Virus record (IMG/VR): IMGVR_UViG_3300039159_000181
Strand: one strand, 5' to 3'
Source of the DNA: an uncultured virus (IMG/VR IMGVR_UViG_3300039159_000181)
Taxonomy: Duplodnaviria > Heunggongvirae > Uroviricota > Caudoviricetes
DNA: 64,000 nucleotides
Of the stretch, positions 49,164 to 59,077 are shown in pieces. The translations under genes were made by a program, and so were the position numbers. A model generated the notes under the pieces. That model was not told where the DNA came from and searched no databases. It saw only the letters and a list, made by a program, of their open reading frames with translations. Position 1 is the first letter of the stretch; each line of letters begins with the position of its first letter.

Positions 49164-49288
49164 TGCGGGTCTCCCGAGTTAGTGCCCAGCAGGGCAAGCC
49201 AGTTCTTTCGCTCTCGTGGGCTGAGCGACTGTACTTCTGTGAGAGTCCAGGCGGGAAAACCTCGGGTGAGGCGTACCCAATGGGTCAT
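49160..49288 (-). CDS. Tail assembly chaperone C-terminal part (possible frameshift product)
   Basis: WTLTEVQSLSPRERKNWL; no SD before the ATG; frame is open through the upstream stop. Confidence 0.6.
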   Translation of the reverse strand: MTHWVRLTRGFPAWTLTEVQSLSPRERKNWLALLGTNSGDPQ

Positions 49289-49310
49289 GAGGGTGACGTA
49301 TGTTGCCAGG

Positions 49311-50126
49311 TTAGAATCGAAACAACGCCCCAATGCTGATTGGGACCACCACTTCGGCCCCGCAATCGGGGCACTCGGCAGTTGTGTCTTCAAAGATGGG
49401 GCCGGGATTGCGTTTGGCGATTTCAGCAGAAATCTTGCGACGGTCTGCAATGCCGAGGTTTTGAATCTGGGCATCGGAGTAGACGGGGTGGTTGTCGATT
49501 TTCACGATGCAGCCGCGCAGCAGAACAGTGCTGAGTTCGGGTCCAGACTTCGCGCCGCTGTTAGTCAGCTCCTTTTGAGTTTTTCCGTCGGGGAAAGTCA
49601 CCAGGAAGGTGGACTTCTTGCCTTTGACTTCAAAAACACGGTCATTGAGGGGGTCCGCAAAGATTCGCTGTGTGATGTCTACGGTGATGTCTACCAGGGC
49701 CTCTTTCGGCTCGCGACATTTTGCGCAGAAGGTCTGCAGCGGTGCGGGGTTGCCGAAGGTGGCTGTGAAAATACCCACCAAGAGCGCCTCGCGGTCCCCA
49801 ATGAGGAGCCGGTCCAACAACGCCTCTGTGCAGGGTTCAGTACCGATGTGCGTCACGCCCTGCACAAGCGCGGTATTTAGGGCCGCACCGGCGGTGCTGT
49901 GCCGAAAGATAGCCTCCTCATCGCGGCCCGTCAGTTCCCGGACGCTCGCAGTGCGGATAATATCTCCGTCGACAGTCATGAAGCCTCCCGGAAGAGCCAC
50001 CACGAGGTCTCCCGGGAGGGAGAGCTCGATACCTGTCGCTTCCTCCGGCTCCCCGGCCAGCGCCTGCTCGATGAGGGCGCTGGCCCGGTCCGGACTGGTA
50101 CCGGCGGAGAGGGTGTTCTGTGCCAT
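49311..50126 (-). CDS. Tail assembly chaperone / T4 gp26-like protein
   Basis: VRELTGRDEE; GDREALL; CAKC…CPDCG; lies between tube and tape measure. Confidence 0.75.
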   Translation of the reverse strand: MAQNTLSAGTSPDRASALIEQALAGEPEEATGIELSLPGDLVVALPGGFMTVDGDIIRTASVRELTGRDEEAIFRHSTAGAALNTALVQGVTHIGTEPCTEALLDRLLIGDREALLVGIFTATFGNPAPLQTFCAKCREPKEALVDITVDITQRIFADPLNDRVFEVKGKKSTFLVTFPDGKTQKELTNSGAKSGPELSTVLLRGCIVKIDNHPVYSDAQIQNLGIADRRKISAEIAKRNPGPIFEDTTAECPDCGAEVVVPISIGALFRF

Positions 50127-50147
50127 GTTGTGTCCCTAAGTAGTCGT

Positions 50148-50750
50148 TTAGAAGTTGGGTGCCGAAGTGGTCAGGTTTTCTGCCCAGTTGAGGTCGAATC
50201 CTTCGTGGACAAGTGTCATCTGCTCCACGAAGATAGCGTTGTCTCCGGCGTTCAGGTCGCTATACGCGATAGAGGTAATCCAGGCGTTGTAGATGTTGAA
50301 GCGCAGAGCAACGTGGTCATCCCCTGACGTTGAGTTCGTGTCGTTTCCACCGGAGCCTGCGATGGGGTGTGACAACACGCGGAGCTCAATGTCATAACGG
50401 AAGTTCTGCGTGATATTGCCGGAGGCGTTGCTAGCCTGGACGGTGCGGAAAAGCTTCCGCATCCAGTTCCAGTTGTGGTGGGTACCGAGGGTTACACCCC
50501 GCTGAAAGGTTACCGGCGAGAAGGTGGTCTGCCCAGGAATCTGGTGAACCGTGGTGTTGTACCCGCCTTCTCGGTAGGGGATGCTGTCGGTTGTTACTGA
50601 AAGTCCCGACACCGAAGTGAACCCCATCTCCAGTGTTTGTCCGAAGACGCTGCCGCCGTTGATTTGGTGAGGCTTTAGGCTCACGAGGAACCTAAAGTTA
50701 CGTACCGGGTCGGTCGTCAGACTTGACCGGTTGTTAATGATGGTAGCCAT
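50148..50750 (-). CDS. Tail tube protein (T4 gp19-like)
   Basis: DPVRNFRF; GFTSVSGL; YREGG; VTFQRG; NAW…SDLNA…EQMTLVHEG. Confidence 0.93.
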   Translation of the reverse strand: MATIINNRSSLTTDPVRNFRFLVSLKPHQINGGSVFGQTLEMGFTSVSGLSVTTDSIPYREGGYNTTVHQIPGQTTFSPVTFQRGVTLGTHHNWNWMRKLFRTVQASNASGNITQNFRYDIELRVLSHPIAGSGGNDTNSTSGDDHVALRFNIYNAWITSIAYSDLNAGDNAIFVEQMTLVHEGFDLNWAENLTTSAPNF

Positions 50751-50770
50751 GTGCTAACTCTCCTTAGTGG

Positions 50771-52309
50771 TTATTCGCCGGTCTTCTGGCTGAGGTTAAT
50801 AACGATGAACTCGGCGGGGTACTGAAGTGCCACGCCGACCTGGATGTTGACCTCACCATTGGCGATTGAGACCGATGAGTTGGTTTCTGAGTCACACTTG
50901 ACGAAGAAAGCATCGTCAGGAAGGACTCCTGCCAAGCCGCCTTGGTTGCGGTACTCATTGAGGAAGACGCCGAGGCTGGTGCGCAGGCGTCCCCACAGCC
51001 GCTCATCGTTGGCCTCAAATAGTGCAAACTGCGCGATTTCTTGGAGGCGGTTGCGGATGAAGAGCAGCGAGCGGCGGGTTGAGACATAGCGGTTTGCGGT
51101 GCCGTCTTGCTTCAGTGTCCGCCCACCCATAACCACGACTCCCGCGCCGGGGATGTCGCGGATAGCGTTGAGCGGGAAACTGCCCCCGTTGATTTCGTCC
51201 AACTCCGCATTGGTGAACCGACGCTCGATAGCGATGGCTCCCCCCAGGGCGCTACGCAGCCCTGCCGGTGACTTAAACGGACCAAACTGCAGGTCGGTAG
51301 CAAGGTACAGACCTGCGACCGCGCCTGCAGGGCCGACCAGTCGACGCGATGACGCATTTCGCCCCAGCGGGTCTTGGATGAATACGTTGGGGTAGTACAC
51401 CGCGCTGTTGGCGGAGCTACCCCGACTGGTGGCGTATGATTTCGCCGCCGGTACCGTGAGCGCGGGGGGAGTATCAATGACAGCAAAGCCGTCGTAGTTC
51501 CCGACCCAGGAGACGAGGGCATCATGTACCGCAGCACCGTCAGATAAGCCGAGGTCTTTGATAATCTCTGGAGCAAACAGCACCAGGGGGCTGGTGAGGC
51601 TTTCGAAGTCCTCCAAGGCTGCAGCGAACGCCGCAGGAAGGGCTTTATTGCCGTTGCTACCGCTGACCAGAGGCAGCACGCCTGCACCTGGAGCCAGAGT
51701 GTTAGCGTTCTGGATAGTGACCGTGATGTACGCAGACTCTTCGTTCACTACGGTGGACACAAAGTCGTTGGATGCAGCGTCGGTGAGAACGATGTTGGGG
51801 TATCGCTCGACCAGCTCATCGTCACTCGTCCCTACGTCGGCTCCGGTCTCTACGTACACATCGAGGTTGTACGACGGCACACCAGCCACAGAAACACCTT
51901 CAGTGAACTGAACTCGCAGACGGTTCCCGTCGAGGCCCTTGTTTTTGGCAGTTACGCTGCCGATGGTTCCTGTCGTAGCTGCCGGAATCGACGTGCTCGC
52001 GGCGGCTGCGTCCGCGCCGAGCACACGGCGGACAAAGAGGCTTGTCCCGCCGTTGCGGAAAAACTGCCCGATACCGAACGTCGCGGGAAAGGCGCTGTCG
52101 TAGCCACCAAAGCGGCGTACAAACTCAAACCACGAGGAGATAAGGACGGGGCTCTCGGGACCAGAAGCAAAGTGGCCAACGGCAGCACCGACCGCGTCGG
52201 CCTGGCTGTTGGGGGCGATGGGCGCAGCAAGATTGCGCTCACGGATGTACACCCCGGGGCGTCCGAAGGACGTGGAAGAGGAGGTGTTTCCTCCGTAGGA
52301 TATGGACAT
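50771..52309 (-). CDS. Tail sheath protein
   Basis: RPGVY; FFRNGG; AVYYP; RYVSTRR; FEAND; PAEFI. Confidence 0.95.
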   Translation of the reverse strand: MSISYGGNTSSSTSFGRPGVYIRERNLAAPIAPNSQADAVGAAVGHFASGPESPVLISSWFEFVRRFGGYDSAFPATFGIGQFFRNGGTSLFVRRVLGADAAAASTSIPAATTGTIGSVTAKNKGLDGNRLRVQFTEGVSVAGVPSYNLDVYVETGADVGTSDDELVERYPNIVLTDAASNDFVSTVVNEESAYITVTIQNANTLAPGAGVLPLVSGSNGNKALPAAFAAALEDFESLTSPLVLFAPEIIKDLGLSDGAAVHDALVSWVGNYDGFAVIDTPPALTVPAAKSYATSRGSSANSAVYYPNVFIQDPLGRNASSRRLVGPAGAVAGLYLATDLQFGPFKSPAGLRSALGGAIAIERRFTNAELDEINGGSFPLNAIRDIPGAGVVVMGGRTLKQDGTANRYVSTRRSLLFIRNRLQEIAQFALFEANDERLWGRLRTSLGVFLNEYRNQGGLAGVLPDDAFFVKCDSETNSSVSIANGEVNIQVGVALQYPAEFIVINLSQKTGE

Positions 52310-52351
52310 GGTGACTCCTTAAGTTGACGGTTATCGGGGGGGTCCGAGTAG

Positions 52352-52999
52352 TTACGTGATGGTGACTACGCCTAGACCAAAGTTTCCATCAGGAGACTCC
52401 TCGGTCCGTGCGGAGATGTTGATGATGTCCGTAATCCTGACTGTGCTGACCTTGTACAGCTCGTCCAGCGCTTTCTGTACGACCTCGCTAGAGATGCGCA
52501 CTGTTATTGCGTTGATAAACAGCCGCTTGTCTTGCTCGGTCACGTCACGCTTGCTGACGTCTTCAACGTCGAGACGGCGAACCGTCCCATCGTCAAGTTC
52601 TAGGGAGCCCGCCCGGAGAGGCAACTTGGAGGACATGAGCTGCGCCAGAATGGCGCGGTCATGCCGGGGGTGGCGGGCATAGGTGGTGATTTGGTAGAAG
52701 AGACTTACCGGAATCGGGTAGTCCATCAGGGTCGTTTGGGTCACAGCGTTGAACCCCGCGCTGGGGGTGAGGTACGCCGGTGCGGTAATCACCCCGCGGT
52801 GTTCGCGGTCGGTGTCGCGCACAATGTCCACCATGTCGATGGTTACGTAGGGGTAAGACTGCGCGCGGATTTCTTGGTCAGGCTGGCCAAACCAGACACC
52901 GACCTTGCGGGTAACGTCAGCCCCGGCAGCGGTTTGGTCTGACACCACCATGCCCTCTAGGCGGGCGCGGATACCGTGGTCTTCTGACAGAAGGAACAT
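52352..52999 (-). CDS. Tail terminator/sheath stabiliser (Pvc16-like)
   Basis: YPYVTID…PIPVSLFYQITTYAR; upstream of the sheath gene. Confidence 0.65.
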   Translation of the reverse strand: MFLLSEDHGIRARLEGMVVSDQTAAGADVTRKVGVWFGQPDQEIRAQSYPYVTIDMVDIVRDTDREHRGVITAPAYLTPSAGFNAVTQTTLMDYPIPVSLFYQITTYARHPRHDRAILAQLMSSKLPLRAGSLELDDGTVRRLDVEDVSKRDVTEQDKRLFINAITVRISSEVVQKALDELYKVSTVRITDIINISARTEESPDGNFGLGVVTIT

Positions 53000-53313
53000 T
53001 AAAGCAGCAGTCCTTCCATATTGCGAAACACTCGCGTCAAGAACAGCTCTTGAGTGGTCTCAGAGTCGTTGTTGTACTTGCGCAGTACCGCAGTCGGAAG
53101 CTTCTCCTCGTTGCCAAACTCGGCCACGAAGGCGCGGTCTTTCACCGGCTCTGCGATAGCGGTTTCAAAGGCTGTTCCGGTGAACTGCACGCTGGTACCG
53201 CCGACGACGTCGGGCTCCCAGCCTGCGTTAGTGGCGCGCTGACGGACCTCCGCGGTCGCGAACGCGGTGGTCTGGGCGGCGGCTTGCCGGACTGCAGTGA
53301 GGAAGTCGTTCAC
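52999..53313 (-). CDS. Hypothetical virion protein
   Basis: 104 aa, coupled. Confidence 0.65.
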   Translation of the reverse strand: MNDFLTAVRQAAAQTTAFATAEVRQRATNAGWEPDVVGGTSVQFTGTAFETAIAEPVKDRAFVAEFGNEEKLPTAVLRKYNNDSETTQELFLTRVFRNMEGLLL

Positions 53314-53519
53314 TATTTCTTGCCTGTGTGAGGCTTCACGTAAGTGAAGTTGTTGGGGATGTACCCCGCGGAGAGCATTGCGACCATCGCTTCTTGGCGA
53401 TTATTGGGTCGGTAACCAACAGTGGCAGCACCAGCCATAAACTCTTTGTGCTCATCTAGCCCGTAGTAGTCGTTAGGACGTTCCCACCACGGACGCCAGT
53501 TGTTGGACGTCATCCGCAT
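53313..53519 (-). CDS. Small hypothetical protein
   Basis: 68 aa, GAGGGG RBS. Confidence 0.6.
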   Translation of the reverse strand: MRMTSNNWRPWWERPNDYYGLDEHKEFMAGAATVGYRPNNRQEAMVAMLSAGYIPNNFTYVKPHTGKK

Positions 53520-53635
53520 ATCCCCTCACGAGGCGCAAACTGGCCAGAGCCAGACAAGTGCCCGCACGGACACCTGCCTCTCCAGGATAGAGAAGATATA
53601 GGTGTCTGTCGGGATGAAAAGGAGTGCTACGGAGG

Positions 53636-53935
53636 CTACTTCTTACCGGCTCGTCGTTTGTTTTCTTTCCCCACATTGGCCTTGGCGCTAATAGCACGCA
53701 GGTTTGAGGGGCTGTCGTTCTTTTTGTTGTTGTCCTTGTGGTCGACGTGCGAGGACTTAGCGAGCTTCCCGTTCTTTTCTTCATAGTCAGAACGAGCCTT
53801 GTTCTGGGAGGTGGTCTTCCACGTCCCGTCAGCCTGCTTGGTCTTGCGCACCACGATAGGCCTACCGTCGTTTTCTTTCGAGCCCGCGTATGGCCCAAAC
53901 TTGCGGGTAGTTCCAACTGCGACCTTAGTGGCCAC
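53636..53935 (-). CDS. Small basic HNH-motif protein
   Basis: HVDHKDNNKKNDSPSNLR…N; GTG start overlapping the upstream TAG. Confidence 0.65.
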   Translation of the reverse strand: MATKVAVGTTRKFGPYAGSKENDGRPIVVRKTKQADGTWKTTSQNKARSDYEEKNGKLAKSSHVDHKDNNKKNDSPSNLRAISAKANVGKENKRRAGKK

Positions 53936-54114
53936 TACTTGGCGGTCTTTTTTGCAGGAGCCTTGCTCTTTTTGGAAGCAGCCATGTTGTCGATGAGGTT
54001 GGGGTAGGGACGGCCTGCCTTTTTTGCTGCCGCTTTGGCCGAAGCCTTCTGTCCCGTAGTGAGCTTTTTGTCCTTCTTGGTGGGGTCGGGGGTGTTCCAC
54101 ACTGCTTTAGCCAT
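53935..54114 (-). CDS. Small Lys/Ala-rich basic protein (59 aa), absent from the ORF track
   Basis: MAKAVWNTPDPTKKDKKLTTGQKASAKAAAKKAGRPYPNLIDNMAASKK…; AAGGAG RBS. Confidence 0.7.
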   Translation of the reverse strand: MAKAVWNTPDPTKKDKKLTTGQKASAKAAAKKAGRPYPNLIDNMAASKKSKAPAKKTAK

Positions 54115-54425
54115 TACTTCTTCTCCTTGGTGTTGAGGCGCTTGCTGATAGCCGCCGCCTTTGCCTTTGCATCAGACTTGCTGCTTGCCCCCCAGGCATT
54201 GAGAGACAGCAGAAGGCGCGTGGGTTCTCCATTGGGCTTGCGTTCGGGGCCAGACATGCCCCCCATGCGGGCTAAGAACGAAGCCCGGCGGTGGTTGTCC
54301 CCCGATTTGACCGGGGACTTCAGGTCTGAGCCGGGGTTAGCCTTCTCGTAGGATTTGCGGCCTTTTTCGTTAAGGCCCCCCTTGGGGTTTTTGCCGTCTT
54401 TACGTTGCCATGCTTCACTAGCCAT
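54114..54425 (-). CDS. Basic phage protein (DUF6321-like)
   Basis: WQRKDGKNPKGGLN…RRASFLARM…TRLLLSL.AW. Confidence 0.7.
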   Translation of the reverse strand: MASEAWQRKDGKNPKGGLNEKGRKSYEKANPGSDLKSPVKSGDNHRRASFLARMGGMSGPERKPNGEPTRLLLSLNAWGASSKSDAKAKAAAISKRLNTKEKK

Positions 54426-54487
54426 TGCGCGTCTCCCTCCGGGAAGCTCTGGGTGCAAGAAATATCGGGACTGTACTGCGTAGTGTA

Positions 54488-55084
54488 TTACGAAGAGTTC
54501 TCCGTTGTGGGCCTTTGCACCTGTTCGGGCTCCAAAGCATACTGTTGGAACTGCGCATCGTTGACAAGCTCTTCGGAGTTAACTTCATTACAGTCGACAG
54601 TAACCACGGCGTAGTAGTCCTTGAAGTGCCCCCGTGGCAACAGCCGAGTGGGCGAGAACACCTGGCCTTTGTATACGATGCGGTCTTTGATGTGCTGGTC
54701 GGGAATGGGCAGCATCTGCGGCAAGAGGGCATTGATGTCTTTGACGTTGATGACGAGGCGCAGTGTGTCAGTGGTATAGAAACCCCGCTCGTTGATGACG
54801 CTGCCTCCGCGGATAACCTGCGCCATCACGACCGGTACTTTCAGCGGCTCTAGCCACTTGCGCCCCAAAATAGTGGGGCTGCTAAGCGTTGCCGGGGTGG
54901 ACTTCGAGGTGTCGTAAATGTCGTCCACGACATCCTCATAGTTTTCCTCTAGGTGGTCCTGGTCCCACTCCCACCAGTCGACGACGTTTCCCACGGGTAA
55001 GCGCAGCTCGTCGTTGATGCCCTCGTAGATAGACAACGCTTCGTAGTCAATGTCAAAGCGACCCAAGATGTGTGTTCCGCGCAT
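54488..55084 (-). CDS. Putative head-closure/neck protein
   Basis: 198 aa; DRIVYKGQVF; position in the morphogenesis module. Confidence 0.6.
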   Translation of the reverse strand: MRGTHILGRFDIDYEALSIYEGINDELRLPVGNVVDWWEWDQDHLEENYEDVVDDIYDTSKSTPATLSSPTILGRKWLEPLKVPVVMAQVIRGGSVINERGFYTTDTLRLVINVKDINALLPQMLPIPDQHIKDRIVYKGQVFSPTRLLPRGHFKDYYAVVTVDCNEVNSEELVNDAQFQQYALEPEQVQRPTTENSS

Positions 55085-55096
55085 AGTGGCTACTCC

Positions 55097-56455
55097 TTAG
55101 ACGTTGGTGATGTTGCGCCAGGCTCCATTGCGGTAGACCTTGGCGTTGGTGATGTTGCGCCAGGCACCCTGCCGGTAGACCTTTCCCGTAGTGATGGGAA
55201 TAAAGTCGGCATTGCGGAGTATGGTCCCGTAGGCCGCGACAAGGGTTGAGGCTGTTTCTACAAAGAGGCTGTTGCCGGTTACGTTCGTGGCAAAGGCGCG
55301 AAAGCGGTAGGTACTGCCGGGAGTTAAGCCACTGAATACGGTGCTGCCGCTGCTGATGTCCCGGGCAGACGGCCCGTCATACGGCAGCCCGTTTTCGCTG
55401 CGCTGCACGGTGTATGCGGAGATGCCGCTTCCGCCATCGTTCGATGAACCGGTGATGGTGATGGTGATGGAGGTGCCCACCTGGCTGGCGATAGTAATGG
55501 ACTGCGGAGCTGTAGGTACTCCGGGGGTAAACGTGGAGGCGCTCGGTGCGCCCACACCCGCGGACGACACTGCTCGTGTTTGAATGAAGTAGGGCTGATT
55601 TGGTGCCGCACCGGTCGTGGCGACGCCGTCGAGTCCCATCGACACCCAGCCACCCCAGTTAGAGCCGTTGGTGCTGGAGCGCCAGTTGTAGTCAGACAGT
55701 GCAACGGGTGACGAGACTCCCTGGGTAAAAATAGTCAGCGTGCCGCCATCGGCACTCCGGGAGAGGCTCGGAGCTCCGGGGGTGGTCGGCACTCCGGGAC
55801 TCCAGGTCTCGGCGCTCCAGCCCCCCGCTCCTTCAGAGGACATTGCTCTCGTTTGAATGAAGTACGACGTCGTGGGGTCCACACCGATGCTGATGAACCC
55901 GTCGGTTCCCATGGACGACTCGCCGCTCCAGGTCGCCCCGATGCGAAAGCGGTATTGGTAGTCAGACAGTGTGACCGGAGATGAGGCCCCTTGGGAGGAG
56001 ATATTAAGGGTTCCGCCTTCAGGGTTTCGCGAAAGGGTCGGAGCTCCTGGAGTGCTGGGAAGCCGTACGTAGTTGGTCAGTGTGGCGGTGCCACTACCGC
56101 TCTGGACTGTGCCCCACCCGGTAGTTCCGACAAACTGGCCACTGCCGCCAACACCGACGGCCAGGTCGCCGCCACCATTGTGGGTAACGACCTTTGAGGC
56201 GCGACCCATCTCTGTTACGACCCCTGAGCCACCAGCCCTAACTTCCCTACCAGTACCACCAATGTTGAAGTTTTCTCCGTGGATAGTCACGCTACCCGTG
56301 AAAGTACCGAAGGTCCGGGTGCTGCCTGTGGTAAATGCCGTCATGACGACAGTGACTGTGGACTGGTTGTTTGCGGCGTCATCGGTTGACGACCAGCTAA
56401 TGGTGGGACGAACGAAGGAGGTTTGGTTCCAAATGCTAAAAGAGCCTGATGGCAC
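55097..56455 (-). CDS. Virion fibre protein with FN3-like repeats
   Basis: Repeated PxTPGAPxLS…Y.IQTRA units; SGLTPGSTYRFRAFATN. Confidence 0.75.
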   Translation of the reverse strand: MPSGSFSIWNQTSFVRPTISWSSTDDAANNQSTVTVVMTAFTTGSTRTFGTFTGSVTIHGENFNIGGTGREVRAGGSGVVTEMGRASKVVTHNGGGDLAVGVGGSGQFVGTTGWGTVQSGSGTATLTNYVRLPSTPGAPTLSRNPEGGTLNISSQGASSPVTLSDYQYRFRIGATWSGESSMGTDGFISIGVDPTTSYFIQTRAMSSEGAGGWSAETWSPGVPTTPGAPSLSRSADGGTLTIFTQGVSSPVALSDYNWRSSTNGSNWGGWVSMGLDGVATTGAAPNQPYFIQTRAVSSAGVGAPSASTFTPGVPTAPQSITIASQVGTSITITITGSSNDGGSGISAYTVQRSENGLPYDGPSARDISSGSTVFSGLTPGSTYRFRAFATNVTGNSLFVETASTLVAAYGTILRNADFIPITTGKVYRQGAWRNITNAKVYRNGAWRNITNV

Positions 56456-56495
56456 GTTAACCCCCCACCCTCACGCTAGTGCTGTCCACGGGTCT

Positions 56496-57431
56496 CTAGC
56501 CCCAGAAGTAGAGGTCGCCTTCGACGACCCCGTTAGCGGCGACAGTTGGCTCGGTGTTCTGAATCCAGATGCGAGTGTTGGTGCTGTGGTTGCCCCAGTT
56601 GTTGACGCTACCGGCACCAAAGTCTGCGGCGGCGCGACCCGTGAGGACTGAGGAGGGGATAGTGGCAGAGGCCGTGACGTTGTTTCCTGCCGCGGTACCC
56701 ACGAGATACCCGCTGAGGGCCACTCGGAGGTTGGCGGTTGTCAGAACGCTGGTTGCGGTGACGTCTGTCGCTGTGAGCGTACTTACTCCGGAGATGTTGT
56801 TGTTACCCAAGGCCAAGTTACCGGTCATGGGCTGCGCCCCAGTTCGAAGCAGGGCGGTGTCGTTGACGTAGGTCTGCGTTGCTACTGTCCCGGTCTCGTT
56901 GGGAAGAGTCAGAGTTCCACCCGCAGCGGCAGCGGCGCGAAGGGTCGTGGTACCGCTAGTAGAGCCCTGGAACACTGCACCACCGGAACCGATTCCCGGG
57001 GTGACCAGTGCGGGGGAGGTGGCGAACACCAGCGCGCCAGTACCGGTCTCATCGGCAACAACGGTAGCTAGCTCGGCGCTGGTTGTTGCGGCAAAGGCAT
57101 TGAGCTTCGGCTGCGTCCAGCTAGGTACACCGGCAGCAAGTATCAGCACCTGGCCGTTGCCACCTGCGGGCAGAAGAACCGTTGTTCCCGCACCGCTCTG
57201 GTAGGCAAGGCTACCGGCGAGCCCCCCAGCAATGTTTGTGGCGGTCACCGCAGTAGTTGCCTGACCCGCAGCGGCGTACAGCAGCACGTTCCACGCAGTG
57301 TTGCCGCTACCGACCTTGAAGCGGAGGGTATCGGTTTCTACCCCGAGCTCTCCGGCAGAGAGGACGGGGTTAGTAGCGGCCCAGTTCGCTTCAGTATCGC
57401 GGCGATGTTGAATGCGGGTTTCTACGGGCAT
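56496..57431 (-). CDS. Fibre protein with Mtd-N-like N-terminal domain
   Basis: RIQHRRDTEANWAATNPVLSAGELGVETDT…KVG; DETGTGALVFATSP. Confidence 0.8.
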   Translation of the reverse strand: MPVETRIQHRRDTEANWAATNPVLSAGELGVETDTLRFKVGSGNTAWNVLLYAAAGQATTAVTATNIAGGLAGSLAYQSGAGTTVLLPAGGNGQVLILAAGVPSWTQPKLNAFAATTSAELATVVADETGTGALVFATSPALVTPGIGSGGAVFQGSTSGTTTLRAAAAAGGTLTLPNETGTVATQTYVNDTALLRTGAQPMTGNLALGNNNISGVSTLTATDVTATSVLTTANLRVALSGYLVGTAAGNNVTASATIPSSVLTGRAAADFGAGSVNNWGNHSTNTRIWIQNTEPTVAANGVVEGDLYFWG

Positions 57432-57515
57432 AAGGTCTTCCTAGTTATCCAGGGATGACACCGCAGGGTGCCGTCGGCTTTTACAGTTTACGGAGAGCTA
57501 TGGAGCATGTCCGGC

Positions 57516-58586
57516 TTAGCCCCAGCTCTCGCGGACCCGCTCGGTGAAGAAGTCTCCACCGATAACTTGAATACGGTCGGCCTCGGGGGTCGGCTCCACG
57601 ATAATCTGCCAGTAGCTGCGCTTGAACAGGCGGCGGGTCTGCTCCGCGGACAGCGAGAGCTGCGCGGTGTAGGTGTCGCCCACCGAGGTGAGCACCATCG
57701 CGATGTCCTGCAACCGCTGAAGACTGCCGCGCTGGTGGATGATGCGGGCGTAGAACGCGGCCTCGCTGGTGTAGCTCCCGGTGAAAGTGACGGTGTCGTT
57801 CCAGGCGAGAGTCTGGTATGCGGTGAGGTCTCCCCCATCGGTTGGCCATGCCACGGGCACCGAGCCGTAGGTCGGCAGCGGCGCATCGACACGCTTGGGC
57901 CACGAGCGGTCGTCGACTTCTTGCGCAACGAAGACCGGGACATAGCGCCCCGTCATCTTCGACTGGCGACGGAGTGTAAAGACATCAATGGAGTACATTC
58001 CGATACCGAGCTGCACACACAACTCTTGGTACTGCGCCTGGCGGGTGCGCACCACCTCCATGAGCTGGCGGTAACGCTCAGACCTGGGGATAGTGATGCC
58101 ATCAGGGGCCTGGATGTCGATGTCGAAGGCGGCATCGGTGGCGAGAGTGTAGAGCGCCAGCGTCGTGGCGAGGATAGCTAGCGGGTATTCCTCGACGAAG
58201 GGGAGGTTGTACAGCGTGAGCTCGCGTCCCAAAGAGTCGGTGCGGCGGGCACTGTGCTGGGCAAAGGCCGTTTCAAGCGTTGTTTCCAGCTCGGAGTTGG
58301 TGAAGTAGCGAAAGAAGGTCCCGCTAATCAGCAGGGTGCTTCCAGCGGCGGGGGGATTAGCCAGGACTAAGACCCCCGACTGCTCTTCTACCGAGGCTGT
58401 AGAGGATACATCGACCTGCGAGGTGGGGGTATCGACGAGAACAGTCAGGCCTAAGCCGTCCAACGGAGAGTGCTGGAGCTGAAAGCGTTCGGTGGTTCCG
58501 TCAGCAACGACAGTCTCCACGAAGGACTGCCCGAGGTCACCGAGTTCCATGCGAACCCGAGCAACTAGGGAGCTAAGAGTGGGCAC
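57516..58586 (-). CDS. Head-to-tail adaptor/neck protein
   Basis: VRMELGD…YFTNSE; follows the capsid genes. Confidence 0.6.
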   Translation of the reverse strand: MPTLSSLVARVRMELGDLGQSFVETVVADGTTERFQLQHSPLDGLGLTVLVDTPTSQVDVSSTASVEEQSGVLVLANPPAAGSTLLISGTFFRYFTNSELETTLETAFAQHSARRTDSLGRELTLYNLPFVEEYPLAILATTLALYTLATDAAFDIDIQAPDGITIPRSERYRQLMEVVRTRQAQYQELCVQLGIGMYSIDVFTLRRQSKMTGRYVPVFVAQEVDDRSWPKRVDAPLPTYGSVPVAWPTDGGDLTAYQTLAWNDTVTFTGSYTSEAAFYARIIHQRGSLQRLQDIAMVLTSVGDTYTAQLSLSAEQTRRLFKRSYWQIIVEPTPEADRIQVIGGDFFTERVRESWG

Positions 58587-58650
58587 AGTTCCTCCGAAAC
58601 GGTCTAGACTCTATGGTCTCGCGTTTCGTCCCCACAGACACGGCAAACAG

Positions 58651-58689
58651 CTGACCCCACTGTGAGGAAGGCGGTCACAGTGGGGTCAG
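58651..58689 (-). terminator. Hairpin terminator
   Basis: 15-bp perfect inverted repeat CTGACCCCACTGTGA/TCACAGTGGGGTCAG. Confidence 0.75.
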
Positions 58690-58705
58690 GTCTTAGTCCT
58701 GGAGC

Positions 58706-59077
58706 TTAGTTTGGTTGCCAAACGTAGCCGAGCATCTCCAGGTAGTCAGCAAGTCCTTTGTCGACCTTGTACTTCTGACCGGCTTTGAAGGTGTAGTTGT
58801 TGCCTACGCCGTACGTCATGTCTTCGATGTCGACGACGGTGCGGATGATGACACTGTTATCGCGCATCGTCACACCGAGCTCTTCGACCTCGTCCAGCAC
58901 CAGCGGCACGTCGGGGTTCTTGGGGTCAAAGACCTCTGTGCGGAGGCTGACTTCTTCCTGGGCACGGACGAGGCTAATCTCGTCGGCGCGCTCGCGCAGG
59001 GTCTTTGCGTTTTCCTTAGCGGCCTTTTCAGCGGCTGCGCCGGTTGCGTCACGGGGGTCGGTACGAGTAGCTGCCAC
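58706..59077 (-). CDS. Hypothetical head-associated protein
   Basis: 123 aa, AAGGAG RBS. Confidence 0.75.
   Translation of the reverse strand: MAATRTDPRDATGAAAEKAAKENAKTLRERADEISLVRAQEEVSLRTEVFDPKNPDVPLVLDEVEELGVTMRDNSVIIRTVVDIEDMTYGVGNNYTFKAGQKYKVDKGLADYLEMLGYVWQPN

Noticed and set aside
53520..53600. Hairpin leaders upstream of ORF 53519 (and ORF 57431) as riboswitches
   Set aside because: Only simple stems; no recognisable aptamer consensus by eye.
37202..57431. Diversity-generating retroelement suggested by two Mtd-N-like fibre genes
   Set aside because: No reverse transcriptase or TR/VR pair with A-specific mismatches visible. Similarity between 38440-38500 and 40500-40560 reflects a shared collar domain.
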